Positions 28,060 to 37,472 of a stretch of 64,000 nucleotides of DNA are shown here, piece by piece (position 1 is the stretch's first letter; each line of letters opens with the position of its first letter). A model generated the notes under the pieces. The model was not told where the DNA came from. It did not search any database and saw only the letters and a list, made by a program, of their open reading frames with translations. This stretch comes from Candidatus Woesearchaeota archaeon (GTDB lineage: Archaea > Nanobdellota > Nanobdellia > UBA10117 > ARS21), in the NCBI GenBank assembly GCA_038128845.1, contig JAYPKL010000002.1, positions 5,604 to 69,603 of the forward strand. The letters run 5' to 3'. The position numbers were made by a program, and so were the translations under genes.

Positions 28060-29262
28060 ATGAAAAATAAAATAATTCAATTGACTTTAGAAAATGCTGT
28101 TGAATTTGGTGGAAAGGCGAACAAAAAAGCTGTAATTAACAAAATTATTCCTTCAATTAAAGATAAATCTAAATTGGGTGATATCAGTAAAGAAGTTGAT
28201 AAAACTATAGATGAAATTAATAAACTATCAGTTGAAAATCAAATTAAAAAATTAACTAAAATAAATCCTTCTTTTTTTGAAAAAAAAGAAAAAATTAAGA
28301 AAACAATCATTGACTTACCTAATTTAGTTAAAAATTTTAAAGTTAGGTCTGCACCTTCTGCTTCAGGTCCATTACATATTGGTCACGCATTAGTTCTATC
28401 AATAAACAAAATCTATAGGGACTTGTATGAAGGTAAACATGTTCTCAGAATTGAAGATACGAATCCTGAAGGAAATTTCAAGGAATTCTATAAAATGATT
28501 GAAAAAGATTTTACATGGCTTGTTGGTAAACCTGACGAGTTGTATATTCAATCTGATAGAATTGAAATTTATTATAAGTTTGCTGAAAAATTAATTAAGA
28601 AAGGTAAATTATATTTCTGTAATGAAGATACCGAAGAAGTAAGAAACAAAATTAGAAAAGGAATTAAGCCAATTGGTGCATCTAGATCGGTTAAAGAAAA
28701 TTTAGAAAATTGGAAAAAAATGCTAAATGGAGATTATGAAACTGGAGAAGGAGTGATCAGAGTAAATACTCCGGAAAATCTTAAGAATCCTGCTTTAAGA
28801 GATTGGATTGCATTTAGAATTAATAAGTCCAAGCATCCGAGAGTAGGTAAAAAATATTATGTATGGCCAATGATGAATTTTTCTGTTGCCGTTGACGATC
28901 ACGAATTAAAAATTACTCATGTAATACGAGGTAAAGATCATGAAGACCAAACAAGAAGACAGGCAAACATATTTGAATTTATGGGTTGGAAAACGCCCGA
29001 ATATATACATCTAGGTAGAATAAACTACGAAGGTATGAATATTTCGGCTTCTGAAATAAGAAAAGGTGTTGAATCTGGAAAGTTTTCTGGATACGACGAC
29101 AAATCTGTTGAAACTTTGGCTTCACTAAGAAAGCGAAAATATAAACCTGAAGCAATTATTAAATTCTTTTATGAAATTGGTCCAACAAAGCGAGACAAAA
29201 CATTCAAAAAACAAGAAGTTTACAAAACACTAGATTCTTTCAATAGAAAAATAATTAATTAG
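28060..29262 (+). CDS. gltX: Glutamyl-tRNA synthetase, archaeal type, ending without an anticodon-binding domain
   Basis: Archaeal N-terminal GatB/YqeY-like segment (EFGGKANKKAVINKI, cf. Mj KYNGKADVKAVMGKV). Class I core SAPSASGPLHIGHA and VLRIEDTNPE. The ORF ends at 400 aa, where archaeal GluRS (~550 aa) would continue into the anticodon-binding domain. Confidence 0.65.
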   Translation: MKNKIIQLTLENAVEFGGKANKKAVINKIIPSIKDKSKLGDISKEVDKTIDEINKLSVENQIKKLTKINPSFFEKKEKIKKTIIDLPNLVKNFKVRSAPSASGPLHIGHALVLSINKIYRDLYEGKHVLRIEDTNPEGNFKEFYKMIEKDFTWLVGKPDELYIQSDRIEIYYKFAEKLIKKGKLYFCNEDTEEVRNKIRKGIKPIGASRSVKENLENWKKMLNGDYETGEGVIRVNTPENLKNPALRDWIAFRINKSKHPRVGKKYYVWPMMNFSVAVDDHELKITHVIRGKDHEDQTRRQANIFEFMGWKTPEYIHLGRINYEGMNISASEIRKGVESGKFSGYDDKSVETLASLRKRKYKPEAIIKFFYEIGPTKRDKTFKKQEVYKTLDSFNRKIIN

Positions 29263-29578
29263 AAGAATTATACAATTCTTTTTGTTTTTTTAGTCCTATA
29301 TTTCTAAGAATATATTTGGGTATAAGAAAATTTTGTGAAATTTTATCTTCATCACTCATAACTTCTAATATTTTATATACGTTCATTTGAGCTTCTAAAT
29401 CTAAATGATCATTGACTAAGTTATTAATAACGCCTGTTTTTGAAGGATATACTGGTAAATTATCTTGTAATTTTTCCAAAATTTTATCAAGTTCATTATT
29501 TTGAGATTCAGTTAGATTAGAAATAGTTTGATCATATTTTTTCATTCTATCAACTAAAGAATCAATCATATTTTCCAT
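29255..29578 (-). CDS. Hypothetical protein (107 aa)
   Basis: ORF only. Overlaps the 3' end of gltX by 8 nt. Confidence 0.25.
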   Translation of the reverse strand: MENMIDSLVDRMKKYDQTISNLTESQNNELDKILEKLQDNLPVYPSKTGVINNLVNDHLDLEAQMNVYKILEVMSDEDKISQNFLIPKYILRNIGLKKQKELYNSSN

Positions 29579-29665
29579 TTTTACAATAAGTATTGGATAA
29601 ATAATAAAGTTTTTAAATGGATTGAGATAACCAGATATAACCGATGAGGTTAACGAGGTTAAATA

Positions 29666-30097
29666 ATGGAATTAACAAAAGAAATTATTGAAAGAATTTA
29701 TTCACTTATAGAGAAGTCTAAAACTGACGGAAAGATAAGAAAAGGAGTAAATGAAGTTACTAAAAGCCTAGAAAGAGGCGAAGCAAAGTTATCAGTTTCT
29801 GCTGAAGACATCAGTCCCGCAGAAATAACAGCACACTTACCAACACTTGCAAAAGAAAAAGGAATTGTTCATGTTACTGTTCCTTCAAAAACAGAACTTG
29901 GTGCAGCAGCAGGTTTACCTGTGGCAACAGCATCAGTTGCAGTAGTAAGCGGTGATTCAAAATTAATTGATGCATTACTAAAAGATATTAAAATTATAAC
30001 TGAAGGTAAAGCAAAACCTAAATCAGAAGAAAAAACTGAAGAAGCTCCGGCAGAAGAAAAAACTGAAGAAGCTCCGGCAGAAGAAAAAACTGAATAA
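29666..30097 (+). CDS. rpl7ae: Ribosomal protein L7Ae with a Lys/Glu-rich repeat tail
   Basis: VNEVTKSLERGEAKL ... VPSKTELGAAAG is the L7Ae/L30e K-turn-binding core. C-terminal extension EEKTEEAPAEEKTEEAPAEEKTE. Confidence 0.85.
   Translation: MELTKEIIERIYSLIEKSKTDGKIRKGVNEVTKSLERGEAKLSVSAEDISPAEITAHLPTLAKEKGIVHVTVPSKTELGAAAGLPVATASVAVVSGDSKLIDALLKDIKIITEGKAKPKSEEKTEEAPAEEKTEEAPAEEKTE
30026..30094 (+). repeat. 27-bp perfect tandem direct repeat (2.6 copies) within the L7Ae 3' end
   Basis: gaagaaaaaactgaagaagctccggca occurs at 30026-30052 and 30053-30079, with a partial third copy to 30094. It encodes EEKTEEAPA repeats. Confidence 0.8.
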
Positions 30098-30348
30098 TGG
30101 CAACAAATGAATCTAACTTCGACGAAAGTGGTAAATTACCTAGAGCAGTTGCTGCAGAAATAACTGAATTAATTGCAAGAGAAGGAAGTAAACAAGTAGT
30201 TACTTTAGTTAGATGTAAAGTACTTGAAGGAAAAGATTCTGGAAAAATTTTAAGAAGAAATGTATATGGTCCAACTCGTATTGGAGACGTAATCATGCTT
30301 ACTCAAACTGAAATTGAAGCATCCTCTAACAAAGGAGGAAGAAGATAA
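30097..30348 (+). CDS. rps28e: Ribosomal protein S28e
   Basis: AEITELIAREGSKQVVTLVRCKVLEGKDSGKILRRNVYGPTRIGDVIMLTQTE matches the S28e OB-fold. Start overlaps the L7Ae stop. Confidence 0.75.
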   Translation: MATNESNFDESGKLPRAVAAEITELIAREGSKQVVTLVRCKVLEGKDSGKILRRNVYGPTRIGDVIMLTQTEIEASSNKGGRR

Positions 30349-30548
30349 TGGTTAATTGTTCATTTTCAGGAAAAGAACTACCAAAAGGGAAAGGTAGAAT
30401 GCTTATAAGAAATAATGGAAGAATTCTATATTTTGTAAATAGTAAAGCAATGAAAAACTTTCTCAAATTAGGAAGAAAAAGTCTTAAAACCAGATGGACT
30501 GCAGATTATAAAAAAAGTAAAGAAATTAGATTATCAAATAAAAAGTAA
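30348..30548 (+). CDS. rpl24e: Ribosomal protein L24e (Cys-less variant)
   Basis: Position and length fit the archaeal L7Ae-S28e-L24e cluster. MVNCSFSGKELPKGKGRMLIRNNGRILYFVNSKAMKNF aligns to L24e, but three of the four zinc-ribbon cysteines are replaced. Confidence 0.6.
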   Translation: MVNCSFSGKELPKGKGRMLIRNNGRILYFVNSKAMKNFLKLGRKSLKTRWTADYKKSKEIRLSNKK

Positions 30549-30723
30549 TGAATAATAATTTAGAAAACCTTGAATCTATACTAAATAAAAATAAGTTGAT
30601 ATTAAAATCAAAACGATTAACAAATGATTCTATATTATATCAACTGGCACATGAAAAATATTTCATATTGTATAAAACTCCTTATAATAAAAACCTTTAA
30701 TTAATTACAAAATTTAACTTATT

Positions 30724-31044
30724 ATGAAAGCATTATTACCTACTTTGAAAGAAAACCCAAGATACATTCAATTCAAAGTAGAATCAAAAAATAATTTTTC
30801 AAAAGATGAAATGAATAGATCTATCATTTTTGAATGTAAAAAATATCTCGGAGAATTAGGTTTAAATAAATCAAATTTAAAATTTATTAAATACGATACA
30901 AAAAATTCAATTGGGATAATAAAAACTAATTCAAAAATGTTAGAAGAAACTAAAATGGCATTATTATTAATTCAAAAACTAAATAAACAAAAATCAAAAA
31001 TAATTATACAGAAAGTAAGTGGAATAATTAAAAAATTGGATTAA
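30724..31044 (+). CDS. rnp2: RNase P protein subunit Pop5/Rpp14-like
   Basis: 106 aa. Begins with PRYIQFKV and ends with the IIQKVSGIIKKL motif characteristic of Pop5. Sits at the head of the proteasome-exosome superoperon, where Pop5 is normally found. Confidence 0.5.
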   Translation: MKALLPTLKENPRYIQFKVESKNNFSKDEMNRSIIFECKKYLGELGLNKSNLKFIKYDTKNSIGIIKTNSKMLEETKMALLLIQKLNKQKSKIIIQKVSGIIKKLD

Positions 31045-31093
31045 TGAAACATTTAAAAACACATAATATAACATATGAATAGAGAGAAATAAA

Positions 31094-31783
31094 ATGCAAT
31101 TTGTACCAAATCAAACAATGGGTTATGACCGGGCAATTACAGTTTTTAGTCCGGATGGGAGAATACTTCAAGTAGAATACGCAAAAAAGGCTATAGATGC
31201 AGGTTCTCTAATTGTAGGTATAACAACTAAAGACGGAGTAGTATTAGCTGCGGACACATATAGAACAGACCCATTACTTGCAAAAGATTCGATTTCTAAA
31301 ATAGAAGAAATAACTGATAATTTAATTATGACATCAGCAGGATACATAGGAGATTCAAGAGTATTACAAAGAAAAGCAAGATTAAAAGCTCAAGAATACA
31401 AAATTTCTTACGGCGAAGATATATCTCCGGAAGAATTAGTTAAATACATATCTGACTTATGTCAAAGTTTTACTCAATATGGAGGAATAAGACCTTTTGG
31501 TGTTAGTATGCTAATTACAGGAAATACTGAAAATGGACCTGAACTATTTTCAACAGAACCTGCTGGAATATATTTTAAATATAATGCTAAAGCTATAGGT
31601 GCTAATTCCGTTGAAGCAAATAAAATTTTGGAGAAATCTTGGAAAAAAGATTTGACTTTGGATCAAGGAATTGATTTGATAAAAGAAATTTATAAAAAAG
31701 TTTTATCTAAAGATTACAAAGATTCAAGATTGCAAATTGTTGCATCAGGAAAAAGCGGTATTAAAAAAATAAATGCAAAATAG
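31094..31783 (+). CDS. psmA: Proteasome alpha subunit
   Basis: YDRAITVFSPDGRILQVEYAKKA N-terminal signature. 229 aa. Confidence 0.9.
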   Translation: MQFVPNQTMGYDRAITVFSPDGRILQVEYAKKAIDAGSLIVGITTKDGVVLAADTYRTDPLLAKDSISKIEEITDNLIMTSAGYIGDSRVLQRKARLKAQEYKISYGEDISPEELVKYISDLCQSFTQYGGIRPFGVSMLITGNTENGPELFSTEPAGIYFKYNAKAIGANSVEANKILEKSWKKDLTLDQGIDLIKEIYKKVLSKDYKDSRLQIVASGKSGIKKINAK

Positions 31784-32474
31784 AACTTACGACAAAGAAA
31801 AGATATCATTTACTCTCGCAAGATTAAAAAAATCTGGAGAAAATTTTGAAATAGTTATTTCAGACGTAGATAATGCTATAAAATATAGAGAAGGAAAAGA
31901 AATATCTTTGAATGATTTTTTACAAAGTCAAACTATTTTTGAAAATGCAAGTAAAGGTATAAAAGCATCAGAAGAAAAAATTAATTCAATTCTTAAAGAT
32001 AATCCGATTGAAATGATACTAAAGCAAGGAGAACTTCATTTAACTTCAGAACAAAGACAAAAAATGTCCGAAGATAAAAGAAATAAAATTATTGAAAAAA
32101 TACAAAGGGATTCTGTGGATCCAAAAACCGGAAATCCTCATCCTCGTCAAAGAATAGAATTGGCAATGGAACAAGCAAAAATAAAAATTGATTATTCCGA
32201 TAATATTGACAAAAAAATGGAACAAGTAATATTGGAAATAAGAAAAATTATTCCAATTTCTTTTGAAAAAGTTAGACTAAAAATAACAATTCCTTCAAAA
32301 TATACTGGATCAACTTATTCAGCAATAAGAAATAGATTCAATAAATTAAATTCAGAAGAATGGTTAAATAATGGTGACTTGAAGATTGAACTTGAAGTAA
32401 CTGGCGGTCAAAAAACAGACCTTTATAATTTAATAAATAAATTAACAAATGGAGAAGCAATAATAGAAGAATGA
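31773..32474 (+). CDS. sdo1: SBDS/Sdo1 ribosome maturation protein
   Basis: FTLARLKKSGENFEIVI...KYREGKEISL matches the SBDS FYSH domain. 233 aa. Expected superoperon position. Confidence 0.8.
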   Translation: MQNRTYDKEKISFTLARLKKSGENFEIVISDVDNAIKYREGKEISLNDFLQSQTIFENASKGIKASEEKINSILKDNPIEMILKQGELHLTSEQRQKMSEDKRNKIIEKIQRDSVDPKTGNPHPRQRIELAMEQAKIKIDYSDNIDKKMEQVILEIRKIIPISFEKVRLKITIPSKYTGSTYSAIRNRFNKLNSEEWLNNGDLKIELEVTGGQKTDLYNLINKLTNGEAIIEE

Positions 32475-33148
32475 AAGAAAAAATGAATATAAAAGAAAAT
32501 GAAATAGTAGTTCCGGGGCAAATTTTAGCAACTGGTAAAAAATTTATACCTTCTGGCAAGTGTATAAGAATAGATGAAAATATAGTATCAACAGTAGTTG
32601 GTGCAGTAACTATAAAAGATGAAGTTATTAAAGTAAATTCAAATTCTAATAATTATAGTCCTGAAATTGGAGACAAAATTATAGGAAAAATAATAAGTAT
32701 GAATAATTATGGATGGAGAGCAGATATTGGATCTAACATGGTTGTTGAACTAGATCTAAGAGATGCATCAACTTCATTCATTGAATCTGGTAAAATGGAT
32801 AAATTTATGTCAGTAGGAGATACTATTTACGCAGAAATAACAAGAAAACATAGAGAAAATTTCAAAATATCAACAAAAAATAAACCATTTAGAAAATTAA
32901 TTCCAGGTAAATTGATAAATGTTAAAAACTCATCAATTCCTAGAATAATCGGAAAGAGCGGAAGTATGATAAATATGATTAAAGAAGCTTCAAACTGTAA
33001 TGTTATAGTTGGGCAAAATAATATGGTTTATGTGCAAAATGATAATATTGAAAATATTTTCAAAGTACAAAATGCAATTAAATTAATAGAATCGGAAGCT
33101 AATTCTTCCGGATTAACTGAAAAAATTAAGGAGATGTTAACAAAATAA
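32471..33148 (+). CDS. rrp4: Exosome subunit Rrp4 (S1 + KH)
   Basis: N-terminal domain VVPGQILATG, S1 domain, C-terminal KH with the GKSG loop (IIGKSGSMINMIKEASNCNV). Confidence 0.8.
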   Translation: MKEKMNIKENEIVVPGQILATGKKFIPSGKCIRIDENIVSTVVGAVTIKDEVIKVNSNSNNYSPEIGDKIIGKIISMNNYGWRADIGSNMVVELDLRDASTSFIESGKMDKFMSVGDTIYAEITRKHRENFKISTKNKPFRKLIPGKLINVKNSSIPRIIGKSGSMINMIKEASNCNVIVGQNNMVYVQNDNIENIFKVQNAIKLIESEANSSGLTEKIKEMLTK

Positions 33149-33149
33149 A

Positions 33150-33863
33150 ATGGCAGGAAAATCAAGTGAACCTTTACTAGTTAAAGGAAAAAGACTAGAT
33201 GGTAGAAAACCATCTGAATTAAGAAAAATTACTGCAGAAGTTGGAGTAATTGAAAAAGCGGTTGGATCTGCAAGATTCACTATGGGTGAAACTGTTGCAG
33301 TTGCATCAGTTTACGGACCGATGGAAGTTCATCCAAGACATAAAGAAAAATCAGATAGAGCAATATTGAAAGTTAATTATGCAATGTTACCTTTTTCTAC
33401 AAGTGACCGGTGTAGACCTGGACCAAGTAGAAGAAGCAAAGAAATAAGTAAAGTTATATCTGAAGCACTTGAAGCAAGTATATTATTAGAAAAATATCCT
33501 GCAAGAATGTTTGAAATTGACGTAGTAATATTAAATGCTAATGCTGGTACAAGAACTGCTGCAATTAATGCGGCATCATTAGCATGTGCAGATGCAGGAA
33601 TTGAAATGAGAGATCTAGTTTGTTCAGTGGCGGCAGGTAAAGCTGAAGACACTGTTTTACTGGATTTATTCCAACCTGAGGACAATTACGGTCAGGCAGA
33701 TTTGCCTATGGCAGTATTACCTAACTTGGGTGAGATATCTTTAGTCCAAATGGATGGAGATTTAAGCATAAAAGAATTTAATGAAGGATTTGATATGATT
33801 TTAGAATCTGCAAAAGAAATTTATGAAATTCAAAAAAATGCATTAATGGAGACACAAAAATGA
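33150..33863 (+). CDS. rrp41: Exosome subunit Rrp41 (RNase PH-like, catalytic)
   Basis: RLDGRKPSELR, GSARFTMGETVAVASVYGP. 237 aa. Stop codon is TGA. Confidence 0.85.
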   Translation: MAGKSSEPLLVKGKRLDGRKPSELRKITAEVGVIEKAVGSARFTMGETVAVASVYGPMEVHPRHKEKSDRAILKVNYAMLPFSTSDRCRPGPSRRSKEISKVISEALEASILLEKYPARMFEIDVVILNANAGTRTAAINAASLACADAGIEMRDLVCSVAAGKAEDTVLLDLFQPEDNYGQADLPMAVLPNLGEISLVQMDGDLSIKEFNEGFDMILESAKEIYEIQKNALMETQK

Positions 33864-34642
33864 GTGAAAATAATTATTTAAACGAATTAATGAAAAATAA
33901 CTACCGAGATGATGGTAGAAAATTAGATGAATATAGAGAAATAGAAATAGAAACTAATATTGTAGGACAAGCAAATGGTTCTGCAAGAGTAAAAATTGGT
34001 AAAACGGAAGTTATTGCTGGAGTAAAATTTGGTACAGGTGCTCCGTATCCGGACACACCCAATGAAGGTATGTTTATGGTTAATATGGAATTACACCCTA
34101 TGGCAAATCCGGACTACAGCCATGGTCCTCCTAGTCCCGAAGCAATAGAAATATCGAGAGTTATTGATAGAGCAATTAGAGAATCTAAAACGGTAAACTT
34201 TGAAGATTTATGTATCAGAGAAGGAGAACTCGCTTGGAGTCTTTCCGTTGATATTTACCCGATAAATGCTGATGGAAACTTATTTGACGCAGGAGTAATA
34301 GCTGCGCTTTTAGCAATTAAAAATGCTAAATTTCCTGAAATTGAGGCTGAAACTGACAAAGTTTTACATGATACAAGAACGGATAAAGGTTTAACTCTTC
34401 AAAATATACCTGCAATGGTAACAATTGCAAAAATAGGAGACAATTTAATTGTTGATCCTAGCTACGATGAAGAGAAAATTATGGATGCAAGAATACATAT
34501 AGCTACAATCGATAATGGTAACATTTGTGCTATGCAAAAAGGCGGAAGCAAATCTATGAAAATCGAAGAACTTAAAAATGCTATAGAGTTATCTGGTAGT
34601 AAGGGAAATGAGCTTAGAAAGCTTATTAAATCAATCAAATAA
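33860..34642 (+). CDS. rrp42: Exosome subunit Rrp42 (RNase PH-like, non-catalytic)
   Basis: [34 protein letters not shown]. 260 aa. Confidence 0.8.
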   Translation: MSENNYLNELMKNNYRDDGRKLDEYREIEIETNIVGQANGSARVKIGKTEVIAGVKFGTGAPYPDTPNEGMFMVNMELHPMANPDYSHGPPSPEAIEISRVIDRAIRESKTVNFEDLCIREGELAWSLSVDIYPINADGNLFDAGVIAALLAIKNAKFPEIEAETDKVLHDTRTDKGLTLQNIPAMVTIAKIGDNLIVDPSYDEEKIMDARIHIATIDNGNICAMQKGGSKSMKIEELKNAIELSGSKGNELRKLIKSIK

Positions 34643-34845
34643 TGGAATTAACAAAATTTGAAAGAGCAAGAATTATTGGTGCCAGAGCATTACAAATCTC
34701 AATGGGTGCTCCATTACTAATTAAAAGACCGGATAATGTTTATAACGTAATTCAACTTGCAAAAGAAGAATTAAAATCCGGAGTTCTTCCAATTACAGTT
34801 AATAGACCAAAACCAAAGAAGAGGGAAAGAAGATATGACGAATAG
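34642..34845 (+). CDS. rpoK: RNA polymerase subunit Rpo6 (RpoK)
   Basis: [24 protein letters not shown] is the RPB6/RpoK signature. 67 aa. Confidence 0.75.
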   Translation: MELTKFERARIIGARALQISMGAPLLIKRPDNVYNVIQLAKEELKSGVLPITVNRPKPKKRERRYDE

Positions 34846-35413
34846 TAATTTAGTTGCAGTAGAACAATATTTAGAATCAGGTATACAAATTGGAACTAAA
34901 TATAAAACAAAAGATATGAGTGAATACATTCATAAAGTAAACCCTCAAAACGGAGTTGCTATTTTGGATATTCAAAAAATTGATGATAAGTTAAAAGATG
35001 GAATTAAATTTTTGACGCAATACAATGCAGAAGATATTTTAGTTGTTTGTAGAAGAGAAAATGGTTGGAAAGCAGCTAAAAAATTTGCAGAAAGTATTGG
35101 AGCTAAATACTATGTGGGTAGATATCCTGCAGGAGTAATTACAAATCCTCAATTAAAAACTTTCATTGAACCAAAATTAATATTTGTTGCAGACCCTAGA
35201 ATGGATAAAAATGCAGTAAAAGACGCATATTTAATGAACTTACCAGTTCTTGCATTATGTGATTCAAATAATACATTTCAAAATATTGATATGTCAATTA
35301 TCTGTAATAATAAAGGTTCAAAATCATTATCATTAGTCTATTGGTTATTAACCAATGGCTACTTAAAAAGTAAAGGAATTAAAAAAGAAATACCTTTGGA
35401 GTCATTTCAATAA
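34835..35413 (+). CDS. rps2: Ribosomal protein S2
   Basis: [36 protein letters not shown] matches the S2/Sa N-terminus, and [28 protein letters not shown] matches the conserved core. Confidence 0.8.
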   Translation: MTNSNLVAVEQYLESGIQIGTKYKTKDMSEYIHKVNPQNGVAILDIQKIDDKLKDGIKFLTQYNAEDILVVCRRENGWKAAKKFAESIGAKYYVGRYPAGVITNPQLKTFIEPKLIFVADPRMDKNAVKDAYLMNLPVLALCDSNNTFQNIDMSIICNNKGSKSLSLVYWLLTNGYLKSKGIKKEIPLESFQ

Positions 35414-35709
35414 TGTATAAAAATAGTATTTTTGGTTTAATGTTTAAAAAACCAAAAACTATTATGATGACTTCATTAAAGGAATCAATTTTTTTTTCTT
35501 CAATACATACTTTTTTTGTATTCAAACCAATAGATGTAATATGGCTGGATAATCAATATACAATTGTTGATTATAAAACGGTTAAACCATTTAAATTAAA
35601 TGTTAAACCAAAAAAACCAGCAAAATATATAGTAGAATCTTATGAAGGTTTTATTAAAAAAAATAAAATAAAAATAGGTGAAAAATTTGAGTATAAAAAT
35701 AGAGTGTAA
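35413..35709 (+). CDS. DUF192-like small protein
   Basis: 98 aa, GLMFKKP ... PIDVIWLD pattern of the DUF192 (COG1430) family. Confidence 0.4.
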   Translation: MYKNSIFGLMFKKPKTIMMTSLKESIFFSSIHTFFVFKPIDVIWLDNQYTIVDYKTVKPFKLNVKPKKPAKYIVESYEGFIKKNKIKIGEKFEYKNRV

Positions 35710-36943
35710 CGGCGGATTTAGAGAAGTAGGAAACAATGCAGTTATTTTTGATAACGGTAAAGAAAGAGTTTGTTTTGAATTTGGATTTAATGTATCGGAT
35801 AGTCTTAGTCCTTTAATTCCCGATAAAAAAGTAGATTATTTATTGGCGTGTCACGGGCATTTAGATCATGTTGGAAGTATTCCAGAATTATACAGTAAAT
35901 ATAAACCGAAAATTTATGGAACTAAACCTACAAAAGATCTTGCTGAATTAGTTTTATTTGATAGTATTAAAGTTGGTAAAATAAAAGAAAAACCAAGAAA
36001 TTTTACAAGAGACGATGTAAAAAATGTACTTAATAATTGGACATTAAAAAAATACAATGAATCATTTAAATTAGGATCTTCAAAAGTTACTTTTTATAAT
36101 GCGGGACATATACCTGGAAGTTCAATGGCATTATTGGAAATGGATAATAAAAAAATACTATACACATCAGATTTTAAGTTAAATGAAACTGCATTATTGA
36201 AAGGTGCAGATATAAGTAAATTAAAAAATATTGATATGATGATTATGGAAACAACTTATTCCGACAGAGATTTAGATAAAAGAGAAAAAATAGAAAAAGA
36301 GTTCATTGATACAATAAATCGGACTGTAGAACAAGGTGGAATTGCATTAGTACCTTCTTTTGCTATTCGTGCACCAGAATTATTAATGGTATTGGAAAAA
36401 TATAATGTTAAACATAATATCTTTGTAGATGGAATGGGTAAAGCAGCAACTGAGATATCTGGAAAAAATTTAGAATATATTAAAGATGGAAAAATGTTTA
36501 AGAAGGCTCTAAATAGAGCTTCATTTGTTACTAATCATGCTCAAAGAAAAAAAATAATTAAATCACCGTGTGTTATAATTACAACCGGTGGCTGTATGGA
36601 TGGAGGTCCAGTCGCAGAATATATAAAGCATATTTTTAGAGATGAAAAATCAAGTTTAATTTTAACAGGTTATCAAATACCTGGTACTGCCGGAGCATAT
36701 CTGCAAGATACCGGTAGATATGTAACTGATGAACTTAATTTAAAATTAACTTTACCAGTTTACAAATATAGTTTTACTGCACATGCAACTAGATCTGAAT
36801 TAATGGATATGGTAAAAAAAATAAGACCTAAAAAAATAATGTGCATTCATGGAACAAATACTGTAAGATTTGCTACAGAAATAAGGTCAAGTTTCGGTAT
36901 TGATGCAATTGCACCTAAGCAAGGTGAAATTATTGATTTTTAA
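35678..36943 (+). CDS. Beta-CASP metallo-beta-lactamase ribonuclease (aCPSF2-like)
   Basis: HGHLDHVGSIP (HxHxDH), beta-CASP motifs, 421 aa with no N-terminal KH domains. GTG start at 35678. Confidence 0.7.
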   Translation: MKNLSIKIECNGGFREVGNNAVIFDNGKERVCFEFGFNVSDSLSPLIPDKKVDYLLACHGHLDHVGSIPELYSKYKPKIYGTKPTKDLAELVLFDSIKVGKIKEKPRNFTRDDVKNVLNNWTLKKYNESFKLGSSKVTFYNAGHIPGSSMALLEMDNKKILYTSDFKLNETALLKGADISKLKNIDMMIMETTYSDRDLDKREKIEKEFIDTINRTVEQGGIALVPSFAIRAPELLMVLEKYNVKHNIFVDGMGKAATEISGKNLEYIKDGKMFKKALNRASFVTNHAQRKKIIKSPCVIITTGGCMDGGPVAEYIKHIFRDEKSSLILTGYQIPGTAGAYLQDTGRYVTDELNLKLTLPVYKYSFTAHATRSELMDMVKKIRPKKIMCIHGTNTVRFATEIRSSFGIDAIAPKQGEIIDF

Positions 36944-37460
36944 TTTTTAATATCTTATAAACCGGATTTAAATTTTCTCGATAATCAGTTTTATTTTTTG
37001 AAAAATTATGAACTTTTATTTTACATTTATATTTGCTACATAAATTTACGTTTTGTTGAATTCTACCCAATAATTTTGCTTTATTTTTAGCATGTAAAAT
37101 TGAAGAGAAATTTATGAAATAAGTCTTATTATTTTCTTTAATTATTTTTGCAATTACTTGATTCATATTGCTTCTTCTATAATGGGTATGATCTGGACCT
37201 TTATCTGATTCTATATCAACAATACCATAAATTTTTTTATGTTCAACTAATTTTCTTATTATTTTTTCATCCCGGGATGTTCCAATAATTATACAATCAA
37301 ATTTTTTTAATATGCCGAAGTCGGTAGTTTTTGGTTGAAACAAAATTCCTATATTCTCATCGGGATGATTATGTATAATATCTTTATAATCATCAATAGA
37401 AACTAACTTTAATCCAGGTAAGCTCATTGTTTGTTTATTAAATAACTGAATATCTTCCAT
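36930..37460 (-). CDS. Hypothetical protein, possibly a PHP/Rpp30-like RNase P subunit
   Basis: 176 aa. Weak resemblance to the Rpp30 TIM-barrel layout (IVDIESD ... Asp/His-rich strands). Low confidence. Confidence 0.25.
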   Translation of the reverse strand: MEDIQLFNKQTMSLPGLKLVSIDDYKDIIHNHPDENIGILFQPKTTDFGILKKFDCIIIGTSRDEKIIRKLVEHKKIYGIVDIESDKGPDHTHYRRSNMNQVIAKIIKENNKTYFINFSSILHAKNKAKLLGRIQQNVNLCSKYKCKIKVHNFSKNKTDYRENLNPVYKILKIKNQ

Positions 37461-37472
37461 TATAATTTATAT

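Noticed and set aside
30018-30296. Antisense ORF across the L7Ae tail repeat and S28e
   Set aside because: Antisense to two conserved ribosomal protein genes. Its repeated FFLLPELLQ motif is just the complement of the 27-bp repeat.
33377-33685. Antisense 102-aa ORF inside rrp41
   Set aside because: Embedded antisense in a highly conserved gene.
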